64,000 nucleotides of DNA. Origin: an uncultured candidate division Zixibacteria bacterium (GTDB taxonomy: Bacteria; Zixibacteria; MSB-5A5; UBA10806). Shown one piece after another: positions 52,549-62,336 of this stretch (positions are counted from its first letter, which is position 1; each line of letters opens with the position of its first letter). Position numbers and translations under genes: made by a program. The notes beneath the pieces are model-generated. The model searched no databases. It saw nothing but the letters and a program-made list of their open reading frames with translations, and was not told the origin of the DNA. Where the stretch lies: assembly GCA_963817915.1 (NCBI GenBank), contig CAWFQL010000016.1, positions 160,001-224,000 on the forward strand, given 5' to 3'.

Positions 52549-52929
52549 ATGAAGTCGAAAATAACTTTCGGTGTACTGATTCTCATCTTAATAACAGTTT
52601 CCGGCTATTCGCAAAGTCCCTGTGACAACCCCTCGCCAGGCAATTGCATGATTCCGGACACATGCTGTGTAGTACCCGAAAATGAATGTCCCTGGCATAT
52701 CACAGGCTTGGATTTGACTTATATGATAAATTACTTTAAAGGCGGCGCGGCTCCGCAAAATTATGGCAGGTTTGATGTTAACTGCAGCTGTCGCTTCAAC
52801 GGTCTCGATGTAATCTATCTCGTAAATTTTGCCAAAGGTCGAGGACCGGCGCCGCTGTGCTGTTTCTACATCTGCCCCGATTTACAAAAACAAAATCAGA
52901 GCATCAAACCCACAGAGAAAAAACAATAA
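52549..52929 (+). CDS. Small secreted Cys-rich stand-alone dockerin-like protein
   Basis: GGAGG RBS, signal peptide, ITGLDLTYMINYFKGG and DVNCSCRFNGLDVIYLVNF, ten Cys. Confidence 0.75.
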   Translation: MKSKITFGVLILILITVSGYSQSPCDNPSPGNCMIPDTCCVVPENECPWHITGLDLTYMINYFKGGAAPQNYGRFDVNCSCRFNGLDVIYLVNFAKGRGPAPLCCFYICPDLQKQNQSIKPTEKKQ

Positions 52930-52948
52930 ATTCGAGATATTATAAATT

Positions 52949-52985
52949 AATCCCTCAAGGCAATTTTGTCCTGAGGGATTTTCTT
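52949..52985. terminator. Bidirectional terminator
   Basis: AATCCCTCA...TGAGGGATT followed by TTCTT, between convergent genes. Confidence 0.65.
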
Positions 52986-53007
52986 ATTTCAGTATAGTAA
53001 TATCGAA

Positions 53008-54906
53008 TTAGCTTATCTTCGCGCCGGGAGGGATATCGCTATCGGTAGTGAGCAAGACCAGACTCTTCCCGGATTTTGCGGCTAATAGCATACCGTTGGA
53101 TTCGACACCCTTTATCTTCGCGGGCTGCAAATTCGCCACGACGATCAATGTCTTTCCAACCATCTGCTCAGGCGTATAAAATTGAGCGACACCTGCAACG
53201 ATCTGCCGTTTTTCTGTGCCTAAATCTATCTGCAGTTTTAAGAGTTTGTCTGCTCCCTCTACTCTTTCGGCCGCCAGTACCTTTGCGGTTCGCAGTTCGG
53301 TCTTGGCGAAATCATCGTAGGCGAGAAGATTGGAGGCTTCAGATGTGGATTTAGCGCCAGCTGCCTCAGCGGCTACTGGTTTTTGGAGCCGAGGGAAAAG
53401 CGGATCGCCCTGTTGAATTTTAGTTCCCGAAACAAGCACGCCCCATTTGGCGCGTGTAGTTTGATCTTTATCTCCGGCGATTCCAATTTGTCTTTGAATT
53501 TCCCGGCACTTTTCCGGCATCACCGGAGAAAGCAGAACTGAAACCAGGCGCAAAGACTCGGCGGCATTATAGAGCACACCGCTTAGTCTATCGGTCTGAC
53601 TGTTTTTGGCTAGTTCCCAGGGCTTATTATGTTCGACATAACGATTGGTTGCCCGCACCAATTCCAAAATATCTTCGACAGCCTGATTTAGCTTAAAAGA
53701 CTCTATTTTGCCCTTAATAGAACCAACCAGATCAAGTGCCTTTTTTAATAGCTCTCTATCTGATTCGCTGGCGTCGCTGCCCTTTGGCGGTAATGGTATC
53801 GAGCCATTAAAATATGTCCCGACCATTTTGGTGACCCTGGACAGAAGATTGCCAAGATCATTGGCGAGATCGGAATTATAACGCAGTACGAATGAGTCTT
53901 CAGAGTAGCTTGAATCCTGCCCCAATGTCATATCGCGCACCAAAAAATACCGAAAGGGATCGATGCCGTATTTATCCGCCAGATCCAACGGCTTGACAAC
54001 ATTCCCGACCGATTTAGACATTTTGGCATCGCCGGCGAGCCACCAGCCATGAGCGAATATTGTTTTCGGCTGTTCAATCCCCATCGCCTTCAGCATGCAG
54101 GGCCAATAGACGGCGTGAGTAGTCAGAATATCTTTTCCGATTAGATGAACCGCGGGCCAACGACGATCGAACTGCTTTTGATCTTTCAAATATCCAATGG
54201 CCGAAATATAGTTTATCAAGGCATCGAACCAGACATAGCAGACATAATCCTTATCGAAGGGCAATTCAATTCCCCACGATAGACGCGATTTGGGACGGGA
54301 AATGCAGAGGTCGCCGAGGGGCTGTTTGAGGAATCCGAGAATTTCGTTGCGTCTGAAATCGGGCAGAATAAAATCGGGATGACTATTGATATATTCGATC
54401 AGCCAATTCTGATATTTGGACATTTTGAAAAAATAATTTTTCTCAGTGATCTTGATCACCGGTCGATTGCAGTCGGGACAGTTCCCGTCTTTTAAGTCTT
54501 TTTCGGTCCAAAATCGTTCGTCAGGGATGCAATACCAACCTTCATAATCGGCGGAATATATTTCGCCTTTATCATAGATGTCCTGGAGTATTTCCTGAAC
54601 TATTTTTATATGGCGATTTTCGGTAGTCCTGATAAAATCATCATTGCTGATATTCAGTTTTTTCCAGGTATCCTGAAAACGAACAACCATTTCATTGCAA
54701 TATTCAAGAGGCGAAATATTTTTCTTTTTAGCCGCTTCCTGGAGTTTTTGTCCGTGCTCATCGGTACCTGTCAGAAAATAGACATCCTCGCCGAAAATGC
54801 GATGATACCCCGCCAGAACATCGGCAAGAATAGTCGTGTAGGCGTGCCCGATATGCGGTTCGTCATTTACGTAATAGATAGGAGTAGTGACATAGAATTT
54901 ATCCAT
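53008..54906 (-). CDS. metG: Methionine--tRNA ligase with C-terminal tRNA-binding domain
   Basis: TTPIYYVN, HIGH, YVWFDAL, KMSKS, C-terminal OB fold. Confidence 0.97.
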   Translation of the reverse strand: MDKFYVTTPIYYVNDEPHIGHAYTTILADVLAGYHRIFGEDVYFLTGTDEHGQKLQEAAKKKNISPLEYCNEMVVRFQDTWKKLNISNDDFIRTTENRHIKIVQEILQDIYDKGEIYSADYEGWYCIPDERFWTEKDLKDGNCPDCNRPVIKITEKNYFFKMSKYQNWLIEYINSHPDFILPDFRRNEILGFLKQPLGDLCISRPKSRLSWGIELPFDKDYVCYVWFDALINYISAIGYLKDQKQFDRRWPAVHLIGKDILTTHAVYWPCMLKAMGIEQPKTIFAHGWWLAGDAKMSKSVGNVVKPLDLADKYGIDPFRYFLVRDMTLGQDSSYSEDSFVLRYNSDLANDLGNLLSRVTKMVGTYFNGSIPLPPKGSDASESDRELLKKALDLVGSIKGKIESFKLNQAVEDILELVRATNRYVEHNKPWELAKNSQTDRLSGVLYNAAESLRLVSVLLSPVMPEKCREIQRQIGIAGDKDQTTRAKWGVLVSGTKIQQGDPLFPRLQKPVAAEAAGAKSTSEASNLLAYDDFAKTELRTAKVLAAERVEGADKLLKLQIDLGTEKRQIVAGVAQFYTPEQMVGKTLIVVANLQPAKIKGVESNGMLLAAKSGKSLVLLTTDSDIPPGAKIS

Positions 54907-55048
54907 TGTATCCTCTTGCTGATATACTTTTCGCTAAACGGTAAAATAGCTGCGTCAAATGCCGCGCATCAACGGCTTTGTTTTGCCGGGCAAGAATTTA
55001 GGAAAATCGGGAGCCATATTTATCTTATCGTCATTAGCAAAAATTACA

Positions 55049-55924
55049 TTATCCCTGCAGATCGTCCAGTTCCTTATTGTTTACATCACTTTGCCTGCCG
55101 GGAGCATCGAGAACTTTAAAGTGGTCCCTGCTGATAGCTCTTTTTAATTCCGCCAGGCTCATTTTAAATTCCCCTCCCTCATTCAAGAGGATGCTAATCT
55201 GCTCATTGAAAATATCGACTTTGATGATCTTCCCATCGCCGCGTTTGGTGGAACAGCGGGCTCCGGCCGGAGGATAAAGAGGAGCCACCTCTTCATAGAA
55301 ATTCATTTCGTATTTCAAACAGCAAAGTAGACGCCCGCAATTCCCGCTCAGTTTTTGCGGATTTAGAGCCAGATTCTGAGAACGAGCCATTTGTGTCGTA
55401 ATTGTAGAAAAATCCTGAAGCCAACCGGCACAGCATTGTCTTTTGCCGCAAATTCCATAGCCATCTTTTCGCTTGGCCTCGTCGCGGACTCCTATTTGGC
55501 GCAGTTCAATTCTTGTTCGATATGTAGCCGCCAGGTCTTTCACCAATTCACGGAAATCGACTCGTTTTTCGGCGGTGAAGTAAAATGTGATTTTATTGCA
55601 ATCGAATTGGTACTCGACATCGACCAGCTTCATCTTGAGATTATGCTTGGCAATAAATTTTAGACATTCATCATAGGTTTCTTCTTCTTTTTGCCTATTG
55701 AATATCATGCGATCATAATCAAAATCGGTTCCCAATCTTAGAATCTTCGGCAGTTCACCTTTCCGTTCGCATTCGGCGGAACCGGTTTTGCGAATAATCT
55801 TGCCATAGTCTTCGCCTCGTTCCGCCTGCACCACAACCTGGCTTCCCTTGGCGACCGGGAGATCGCTGAAATTGATGTAGCAATCTTTGCGATTGCCCTT
55901 AAATGCAACTATGTATGAATCCAT
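55049..55924 (-). CDS. ricT: PSP1-domain protein RicT/YaaT
   Basis: RVDFRELVKDLA, RIELRQIGVRDEA, GICGKRQCC, SGNCGRLLCCLKYE. Confidence 0.92.
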   Translation of the reverse strand: MDSYIVAFKGNRKDCYINFSDLPVAKGSQVVVQAERGEDYGKIIRKTGSAECERKGELPKILRLGTDFDYDRMIFNRQKEEETYDECLKFIAKHNLKMKLVDVEYQFDCNKITFYFTAEKRVDFRELVKDLAATYRTRIELRQIGVRDEAKRKDGYGICGKRQCCAGWLQDFSTITTQMARSQNLALNPQKLSGNCGRLLCCLKYEMNFYEEVAPLYPPAGARCSTKRGDGKIIKVDIFNEQISILLNEGGEFKMSLAELKRAISRDHFKVLDAPGRQSDVNNKELDDLQG

Positions 55925-55985
55925 AAATTAATTCCTTTATGAAACTCCGGCGATAAAATCCTTCTAATTACTTCGGCCTTTTAGA

Positions 55986-57173
55986 TTAAGGCAATTTATA
56001 CTTTGGCATGGTCAGGTCTCGCATCGCCTGCGCGAATGATAAGTATAAAAACACCATTGCGCTATTCGCGGCGACATTATTCACAAGACAAGCCCTGCTG
56101 GTTTCGGCATTGCAGCTGCTCCAGATATCAAGAACTTCTCGCTCCGGGCGGTTCAGCCGCTTCAAGTTACCTGCAATATCGGTATTAATAAGATGATTTT
56201 CAAGGCCATTTTCGCCAATTAGATAAATGTCATGGATTATGGATTCAATTATTTCGAAATCCATCTTGATTTCATCGAATCCGATCTTGATCCCGGCCTT
56301 AAGGTTGCCTGTATACGCGTTGTTAATATCGTATATAAGGGCATTCATAGGCGCACCGGAGAGCAATCGCGCAAAGAAGCCCACGATTTTGTCTCGACGA
56401 TCCTTGATGTCGCTTTCGTGAAGACGGACAGACATGCCCAACGACCCACCGGAAGCACGGGCCAGGTATGACGCGTAATCATCCTGTACACCCAATTTTT
56501 CGATTAGGCTTTTTACCAGGATATCTTGGGGAACCGGCGGGACAGTTATTCGATGAGTACGCGAAAGCAATGTTGGAAATAGTAAATCCGGACGAGATGT
56601 CGTTAGAAGCAGATGAGTGTTTTCGGGCGGCTCTTCGACAGTTTTTAAAAACAGATCGGCGGCGCCAAATGCCATCTTATCGATATCAAGTATCGCCACC
56701 ACCCTCCTGCCGCCTCGAAATGGCCGTCGGGTAAGGGCATGAATGAGATCTTTAATTACTTCGACCGGGATATTCTCTTTTTTCTCGAAATCGAGTATGG
56801 CGTAGGGGTTTTCAAGTTTACTTTTTTTGAATAATTCTACTTCATCGCGGGTGTCCTCGGAATAGCGGGCGTTAGAGGAAACAGGATCGGAGAATGAGAA
56901 TATGGTTACTTTTTTCGATTCGGGGCGAATATTCGGGAATGGAAACGCGAAAAGGAAATCGGGATGATAGAATCGAATCACATCTTTGCATGATTGGCAA
57001 TTTCCACAGGCCGAATGGTCATTCTCGCAAAGCAGGGCCTTGGTGAGCTCCATTATCAATGCGAACTTCCCGATTCCTTCAGGACCAATCAGGAGTATTG
57101 ATTGGCTCAGGCTGCCTTTTTGGGCAGAAGATATAAGATTGGCCGACAATTTATTCAGGTGGTCGAAAAGCAT
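55986..57173 (-). CDS. holB: DNA polymerase III delta-prime subunit
   Basis: GPEGIGK, zinc motif C..CGNCQSC, HPDF, LKTVEEPP, TLLSR; upstream of ricT-metG. Confidence 0.85.
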   Translation of the reverse strand: MLFDHLNKLSANLISSAQKGSLSQSILLIGPEGIGKFALIMELTKALLCENDHSACGNCQSCKDVIRFYHPDFLFAFPFPNIRPESKKVTIFSFSDPVSSNARYSEDTRDEVELFKKSKLENPYAILDFEKKENIPVEVIKDLIHALTRRPFRGGRRVVAILDIDKMAFGAADLFLKTVEEPPENTHLLLTTSRPDLLFPTLLSRTHRITVPPVPQDILVKSLIEKLGVQDDYASYLARASGGSLGMSVRLHESDIKDRRDKIVGFFARLLSGAPMNALIYDINNAYTGNLKAGIKIGFDEIKMDFEIIESIIHDIYLIGENGLENHLINTDIAGNLKRLNRPEREVLDIWSSCNAETSRACLVNNVAANSAMVFLYLSFAQAMRDLTMPKYKLP

Positions 57174-57174
57174 T

Positions 57175-58320
57175 TTATCGGAGCCATTCTCTGGGGTTTA
57201 ATTGTTCTTTTTTATGGCGCACCTCGAAATGAAGCTTCGAGCCTTCAAGAGAACCGGAATCACCGGCCTCGGCTATTATATCCCCCGCATTCACCCTATC
57301 GCCGACTTCGAATAGCACTTCGGACAAATTAGCGTAAAGGGTATAATACCCGTCCCCATGATCAAGAATTATAAATTGCCCATAACCCCGAAGCGAGCTG
57401 ACATAAATTACAATCCCGTTGGCGGCGGCCCTGACATTAGCGCCATAATCTGCCTTGATATCGATACCGGGATTGGAAAGCTCGATGCCCCGTTTATCCT
57501 TAATTGTTCCGAAATCTTTTAGAATACCGCCTTCCACCGGCCATATTAACTTGCCTTTGCTTTCAGCAAGTCCCGGCAGGCCGGTGATATTAACATCCTG
57601 CTCGCTGGCATTCTGGAGATTTTCTATGATTCCTTCGATCTCCTTGGCATCCTCTTCAAGACGGGATATCGACCTTTGCACTTCATTTTTATCTTTTCTG
57701 AGTTTATCAATCAATTTTTTTCGGGATTGTAATGATTGCTTTCTTAATTCCAATTCATTTTCGTTTTCGAGACGCATTTTCTCGAGAAGCGCGGCATTCT
57801 GCTCCATTTGCGAAAGACCGGACTTAATTGATTTAGATAAATTAATATAATTCAGCATTAGCATCTTATCATATTGAATTAGAGCCATAAAATTTTTATA
57901 AGCGACCAAAGCCGATGACGCATCTTGAGAAGTTAGAATCTGAAGCCAATCCTGTTCCTCGCCATTTTTATAAATATATCTCAGTCTGGCATTCAGAATA
58001 TTTTTTTTCTCCATCCTGGTTTTTTCGGCGGACGACAATTCGACTTTTTGAGTTTCGATATTTCCGGAGACACGATCGATTTCGCGATTCAATTTCAAGA
58101 GTAATTGGCCGGACAATGTCATTTCCTGTTCGATATCGCGGAGCCGGCCGACCTCATCCTTTTCCTTATTCCCGAGTTTACTAAATTCCGTCCTTTTGGC
58201 ATCGAGCTCAGCTTTAATAGTCTCCAACTGCTCCTGACGATCTTTGACTTCGGTCGCGCTAACAGTGTCAAATACCAATAGCAAGGTTGATAGCAATAGA
58301 ATTGGATATAGACGAGCCAT
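57175..58320 (-). CDS. envC: Murein hydrolase activator EnvC (coiled coil plus degenerate M23)
   Basis: Signal peptide, long coiled coil, WPVEG, GIDI, YANL (lacks the HxH Zn ligand), LHFEVR; follows ftsX. Confidence 0.88.
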   Translation of the reverse strand: MARLYPILLLSTLLLVFDTVSATEVKDRQEQLETIKAELDAKRTEFSKLGNKEKDEVGRLRDIEQEMTLSGQLLLKLNREIDRVSGNIETQKVELSSAEKTRMEKKNILNARLRYIYKNGEEQDWLQILTSQDASSALVAYKNFMALIQYDKMLMLNYINLSKSIKSGLSQMEQNAALLEKMRLENENELELRKQSLQSRKKLIDKLRKDKNEVQRSISRLEEDAKEIEGIIENLQNASEQDVNITGLPGLAESKGKLIWPVEGGILKDFGTIKDKRGIELSNPGIDIKADYGANVRAAANGIVIYVSSLRGYGQFIILDHGDGYYTLYANLSEVLFEVGDRVNAGDIIAEAGDSGSLEGSKLHFEVRHKKEQLNPREWLR

Positions 58321-58322
58321 AA

Positions 58323-59181
58323 TTAGATTTTCATGTATCGTTTCGAGGCCACCATAGCCCCCAGCATTCCTAACAATAAACCTATTAGCAGAAATGCTAT
58401 CACCTCATTGATTTCGAGAAACACGAGGTCTATCAAATTTTTGGAAATATACGCGATTGAATATTTGAGAAAGACAATTGCCAAAATCGAACCCAGCAGA
58501 CCGACAATCCCGCCGAGCGACACAAATGGTGTCAAAATATAACTTCGCGTCGCGCCAACCAATTGCATCATTTCAACAGTTTTTCGCCGATCTGTAATCG
58601 CAATTCTGACAGTATTGGCTACAATAAATATCGCCGAGAATGCCACAATAATAGCTATTGAAAGACCCAATTTTTCAATCGATTTCATTATGGAATTCAA
58701 GCGATTGACCATTTTATTGGCAAAAACAACATCCTCGACTTCGGGCATTTTTTTTATTGTCGCAATCAATGAGTCTGAGTTGCCCGGTTCGAAAATATAA
58801 TCGCTGACCCGTATTTCGAATGATGACGGAAGCGGGTTTTCCTCAAGTCCCTGTATCATTTCTGATCCGAATCGTTCCCTGATCTTGAATAGCGCATCCT
58901 CTTTTGAAATAAATCGAACATCCCTTAACACCCTTAAATCCAGCCAACTGAGTTTGCATCGTCTGAATCATTTCGGGTGGTGGATTCCCAGCCAGGAAAA
59001 CATCCATGGTCAGGCTGTTTTTAAGATCATCGATTGTTTTGGTTAAATTTTTCGATGCTATCCAAAGTATTCCAGGGATCATCATCGCTAAAAAGACTGT
59101 AAGCAATGTGCCAAATGACGATAACAACTCGAATCGAATTGCCCTTATAATTTCTGAAAAGACCCGCATCATGGATCTCAT
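58323..59181 (-). CDS. ftsX: Cell division permease FtsX, one +1 frameshift at about 58923
   Basis: FISKEDA, NPLPSSF, NTVRIAI..RR, MQLVGAT. Removing one base gives VKDVRFISKE. Confidence 0.9.
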
Positions 59182-59840
59182 TTGGCCTCCTGCTCCAACA
59201 TGCCTGATACCAAATGCAATCGCCGATGTCCGAACTCAGTTGCCATCGCTACCTGATGAGTCGCAATTATAACTGTAGCGCCTCGGGTGTTAATTTCTTT
59301 AAAGAGACTGAATAAAGCTCGCGAGTTTTGCTCATCCAAATTGCCAGTCGGCTCATCAGCCAATAACAGCAATGGTTCATTGACAATCGCCCTCGCAAGC
59401 GCGACTCGCTGAGCCTCTCCACCGGAAAGCTGATGAGGATAGTTATTTCGCTTTGGCCAGACCCCCGCCAATTTCAAGGCATCATCGGTCTTCTTTTTTA
59501 TCTCCTTGATCGGCCGTCCGACAACCTCGAGCGCCAGCGAAACATTCTCGAATGCATTCCGTTCGGGAATCAGCCGAAAATCCTGAAATACTATTCCCAG
59601 GCGTCGCCTCAATCTCGGTATTTGCCTTTTTTTAATTTTATCAAAATCAAATTTATCGAGAATAATATTGCCCTCGGTTGGCCGTTCCTCAAAATAAAGC
59701 AGTCTCAGTAATGTCGATTTCCCTGCTCCCGATGGTCCGGTTAGGAAAACCATCTCGCCTTTTTTAATAGAAAATGTGATTTTGGAAAGCGCAGCTAACC
59801 GTTCACCATAAATCTTGCTCACATTCCCAACATTCAACAT
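59178..59840 (-). CDS. ftsE: Cell division ATP-binding protein FtsE
   Basis: GPSGAGKS, VFQDFRL, LSGGEAQR, ADEPTGNLD. Confidence 0.94.
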   Translation of the reverse strand: MLNVGNVSKIYGERLAALSKITFSIKKGEMVFLTGPSGAGKSTLLRLLYFEERPTEGNIILDKFDFDKIKKRQIPRLRRRLGIVFQDFRLIPERNAFENVSLALEVVGRPIKEIKKKTDDALKLAGVWPKRNNYPHQLSGGEAQRVALARAIVNEPLLLLADEPTGNLDEQNSRALFSLFKEINTRGATVIIATHQVAMATEFGHRRLHLVSGMLEQEAK

Positions 59841-59904
59841 GATTTTTGAAGTTAAAGCATCCGGTCTCAAGCGTCAAGTGAATGTTTGAAGCAGCATCGT
59901 TCAA

Positions 59905-60036
59905 CGGGCGGCGTGTTTTATTTGACATGGAATGTCAAATTCAGCATGTAATACGGATCGTAAATTTGTGATTTGGCACGGATGGTTTTTCCGTATTGCA
60001 TGCTTACCCGCCGAAGGCGGGAAAACACGCCGCCCG
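59905..60036. other. 132-nt four-helix fold-back element (structured RNA candidate or REPIN/MITE)
   Basis: 15-bp terminal IR enclosing three hairpins, located between the divergent ftsE and ilvC promoters. Confidence 0.7.
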
Positions 60037-60090
60037 CCAGCCCTGCATTAATGCGATTGACTTGTTTTGCAGGTCGATATAACTTTATAA

Positions 60091-61077
60091 ATGACTATGG
60101 CGGAAAGATCTAAAACGTTAATAAAATTTTTGAAGACAAAAAAAATAGCCATAATCGGCTACGGCTCTCAGGGACGAGCGCAGGCCTTGAATTTGCGCGA
60201 TTCGGGAGTAATACCGATTATTGGCCTGCCAGCATCGAGCAAATCCAGAAAAATAGCAAAGAAAGATGGATTAGAAGTAATTTCGCCTCGGGAGGCGATT
60301 GAGATCGCAAATATTGCTGTAATTCTTATCCCCGATCATAAACATCAAGAACTTTTTGAAGACTTGAAAAGGCCTGGCAAGTTGGCTGGCAAGGCTTTGA
60401 TATTCGCGCATGGCTTTTCGGTAACATTCAAAACAGTCAGGCTTCCTCGAGAATGCGATATTATTCTGGTCGCTCCTCATGGCCCGGGATTAAGACTTCG
60501 AGAAAAGTATCTGGATAGCGAACCATTCACAGCTTTTGTCGGAATTTATCAGAATTATTCGGGCGAGGCATTGAAGATTGCAAGGGCGTACGCGGCAGCT
60601 ATCGGGATTCCGGCAAAATTCTTATTCAAATCATCATTCAAGGATGAAGCCATCGGAGATATATTCGGCGAACAGGCCGTTCTTTGCGGAGGGCTGGTTG
60701 GGTTGATGGAATCCGGGGTTGAGACACTTATAAAAAAGGGGCTGTCTTCCGAATCCGCCTACCTCGAATGCATATATCAACTCGATTTGATAGTCGATCT
60801 AATTAAAAAATATGGTCCCGCAGGCATGTTCGAGCGAATCAGTAAGACCGCGGCATTCGGATCATTGAAAAACAAGAATAGACTATTCGACAGACAGATG
60901 AAACAAAAAATGGAAGTGCTCTACTCCGAAATAAAATCGGGCAAATTCGCAAAAGCCCTTTCATCCGAAAGCAAAAAAGGGATGAAAAACTTTAATCGCG
61001 ATTTAAATAATTATAAAAAATCGGTACTTCAAAAAACTCATATACTATTGACCAAAAAGCTTAAAAACCGGGATTGA
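60091..61077 (+). CDS. ilvC: Ketol-acid reductoisomerase
   Basis: IIGYGSQGRAQALNLRDSG, FAHGF, DIFGEQAVLCGG, AYLEC. Confidence 0.93.
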   Translation: MTMAERSKTLIKFLKTKKIAIIGYGSQGRAQALNLRDSGVIPIIGLPASSKSRKIAKKDGLEVISPREAIEIANIAVILIPDHKHQELFEDLKRPGKLAGKALIFAHGFSVTFKTVRLPRECDIILVAPHGPGLRLREKYLDSEPFTAFVGIYQNYSGEALKIARAYAAAIGIPAKFLFKSSFKDEAIGDIFGEQAVLCGGLVGLMESGVETLIKKGLSSESAYLECIYQLDLIVDLIKKYGPAGMFERISKTAAFGSLKNKNRLFDRQMKQKMEVLYSEIKSGKFAKALSSESKKGMKNFNRDLNNYKKSVLQKTHILLTKKLKNRD

Positions 61078-61261
61078 TACTATTATTATCCGGAAGTTTA
61101 TGCGGATGATGGCCGCCCGATAATCTGGCATTTTGTACAACCTGTGAATATCCTGCAAGATCCATCAAGCAATGCTGGCATAGCGGCAATGGATCTGTTT
61201 CCTTGTAGGGTGTCCCGCAATTGGAACATATTCTTTTTACACGATCATGTTTTAACGCCAT
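61061..61261 (-). CDS. Small zinc-ribbon-like protein
   Basis: CSNC and CQHC pairs; GGAG RBS. Confidence 0.5.
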   Translation of the reverse strand: MALKHDRVKRICSNCGTPYKETDPLPLCQHCLMDLAGYSQVVQNARLSGGHHPHKLPDNNSINPGF

Positions 61262-61414
61262 ATTCTACTCCAATCATCGCCCGTCCACTGCGGACGAATC
61301 TGCGTATCCCCGACTAATTTTGTACCGCAGTCAGGACAATGATAATACTTTTTTTCCTTTATCATTTCCTGGCCACAGGCGGGGCATTTCTTTTTATTTT
61401 TCCTAAGTCTCATA

Positions 61415-61744
61415 TCACGAATCCATTTGAAATTTATGCGAAAACAATACTATCGCTACTCCGAGCCCTGTGAATGGCAAAAGCCCCCAAAATGAGAATG
61501 ATGTGAAATAGGCAACTATTCCAGCCACAATAGCAGCTCCTGCCGCTATTGTAATCGACCATTTAATGAGGGGCTTAATTATCACCAGTACTAAAAGGAA
61601 CATGATCCCGATAAAAACCCATTCGAGCTGATTCTCGGCCAAATTCTGCACGTAAGGAATTTGCCTTAAAAGCCAGATAATCATCTTCTTGAATTTCTCG
61701 AATTGCTCTATTGCGACATTAAGCAGCCAGGAGTACCGTTCCAT
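61415..61744 (-). CDS. Hypothetical membrane protein
   Basis: Three hydrophobic segments; GGAGG upstream. Confidence 0.7.
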   Translation of the reverse strand: MERYSWLLNVAIEQFEKFKKMIIWLLRQIPYVQNLAENQLEWVFIGIMFLLVLVIIKPLIKWSITIAAGAAIVAGIVAYFTSFSFWGLLPFTGLGVAIVLFSHKFQMDS

Positions 61745-61749
61745 GGTTT

Positions 61750-61965
61750 TCAGTCCTCCACCGGCTCTATTGTCAGGCTTGATTCGCCGACCTTGCTCAG
61801 GCCAGTCATCTTATCTGTCAGGAAAGTCTGCGAGGAAATCCATTGCTGTGACATTTCAAGAACCTGATCCTGGCTAACCTCGTCGACCCAGTCTAAGATC
61901 ATGTTGTCAATTGAGTTACCATTGACAATGAGGTCTTCCATGCTCAACGTGAATCTCATCTTCAT
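61750..61965 (-). CDS. Small acidic hypothetical protein (71 aa)
   Basis: AAGGGGG RBS before ATG 61965; apparent operon with the downstream membrane protein. Confidence 0.7.
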   Translation of the reverse strand: MKMRFTLSMEDLIVNGNSIDNMILDWVDEVSQDQVLEMSQQWISSQTFLTDKMTGLSKVGESSLTIEPVED

Positions 61966-62336
61966 ACTTCCCCCTTCGTTTGAGTTCTGCCCTAATGAAA
62001 ACAAAGGGTATGCCTCGCCCTGACATGGCCACAAAAACGTTGCAGGAAACCGGCCATTTTGTTGTTATGCAACGACTTACGATTGAAACATGGCTGTGAC
62101 AGGCATCATCTGCTGTTCAAAAAATGGTCAATTAATATTGGGGGTATCCCATTAAGTGATGGAATAACTCAAGTATTTTTGTCGATATTAATTGGGAGGC
62201 GAATATTATTCCTAAAATATGCCAAATAGGAATTATTAGTTTTGATTGTGCAGGTAACTATATTATATTAATTTTCAGCGAGTGGTGAGCTCAAGCTAAA
62301 CAAGCTTCTTGAGGGAAAAAAATAAATTTTAATAAA

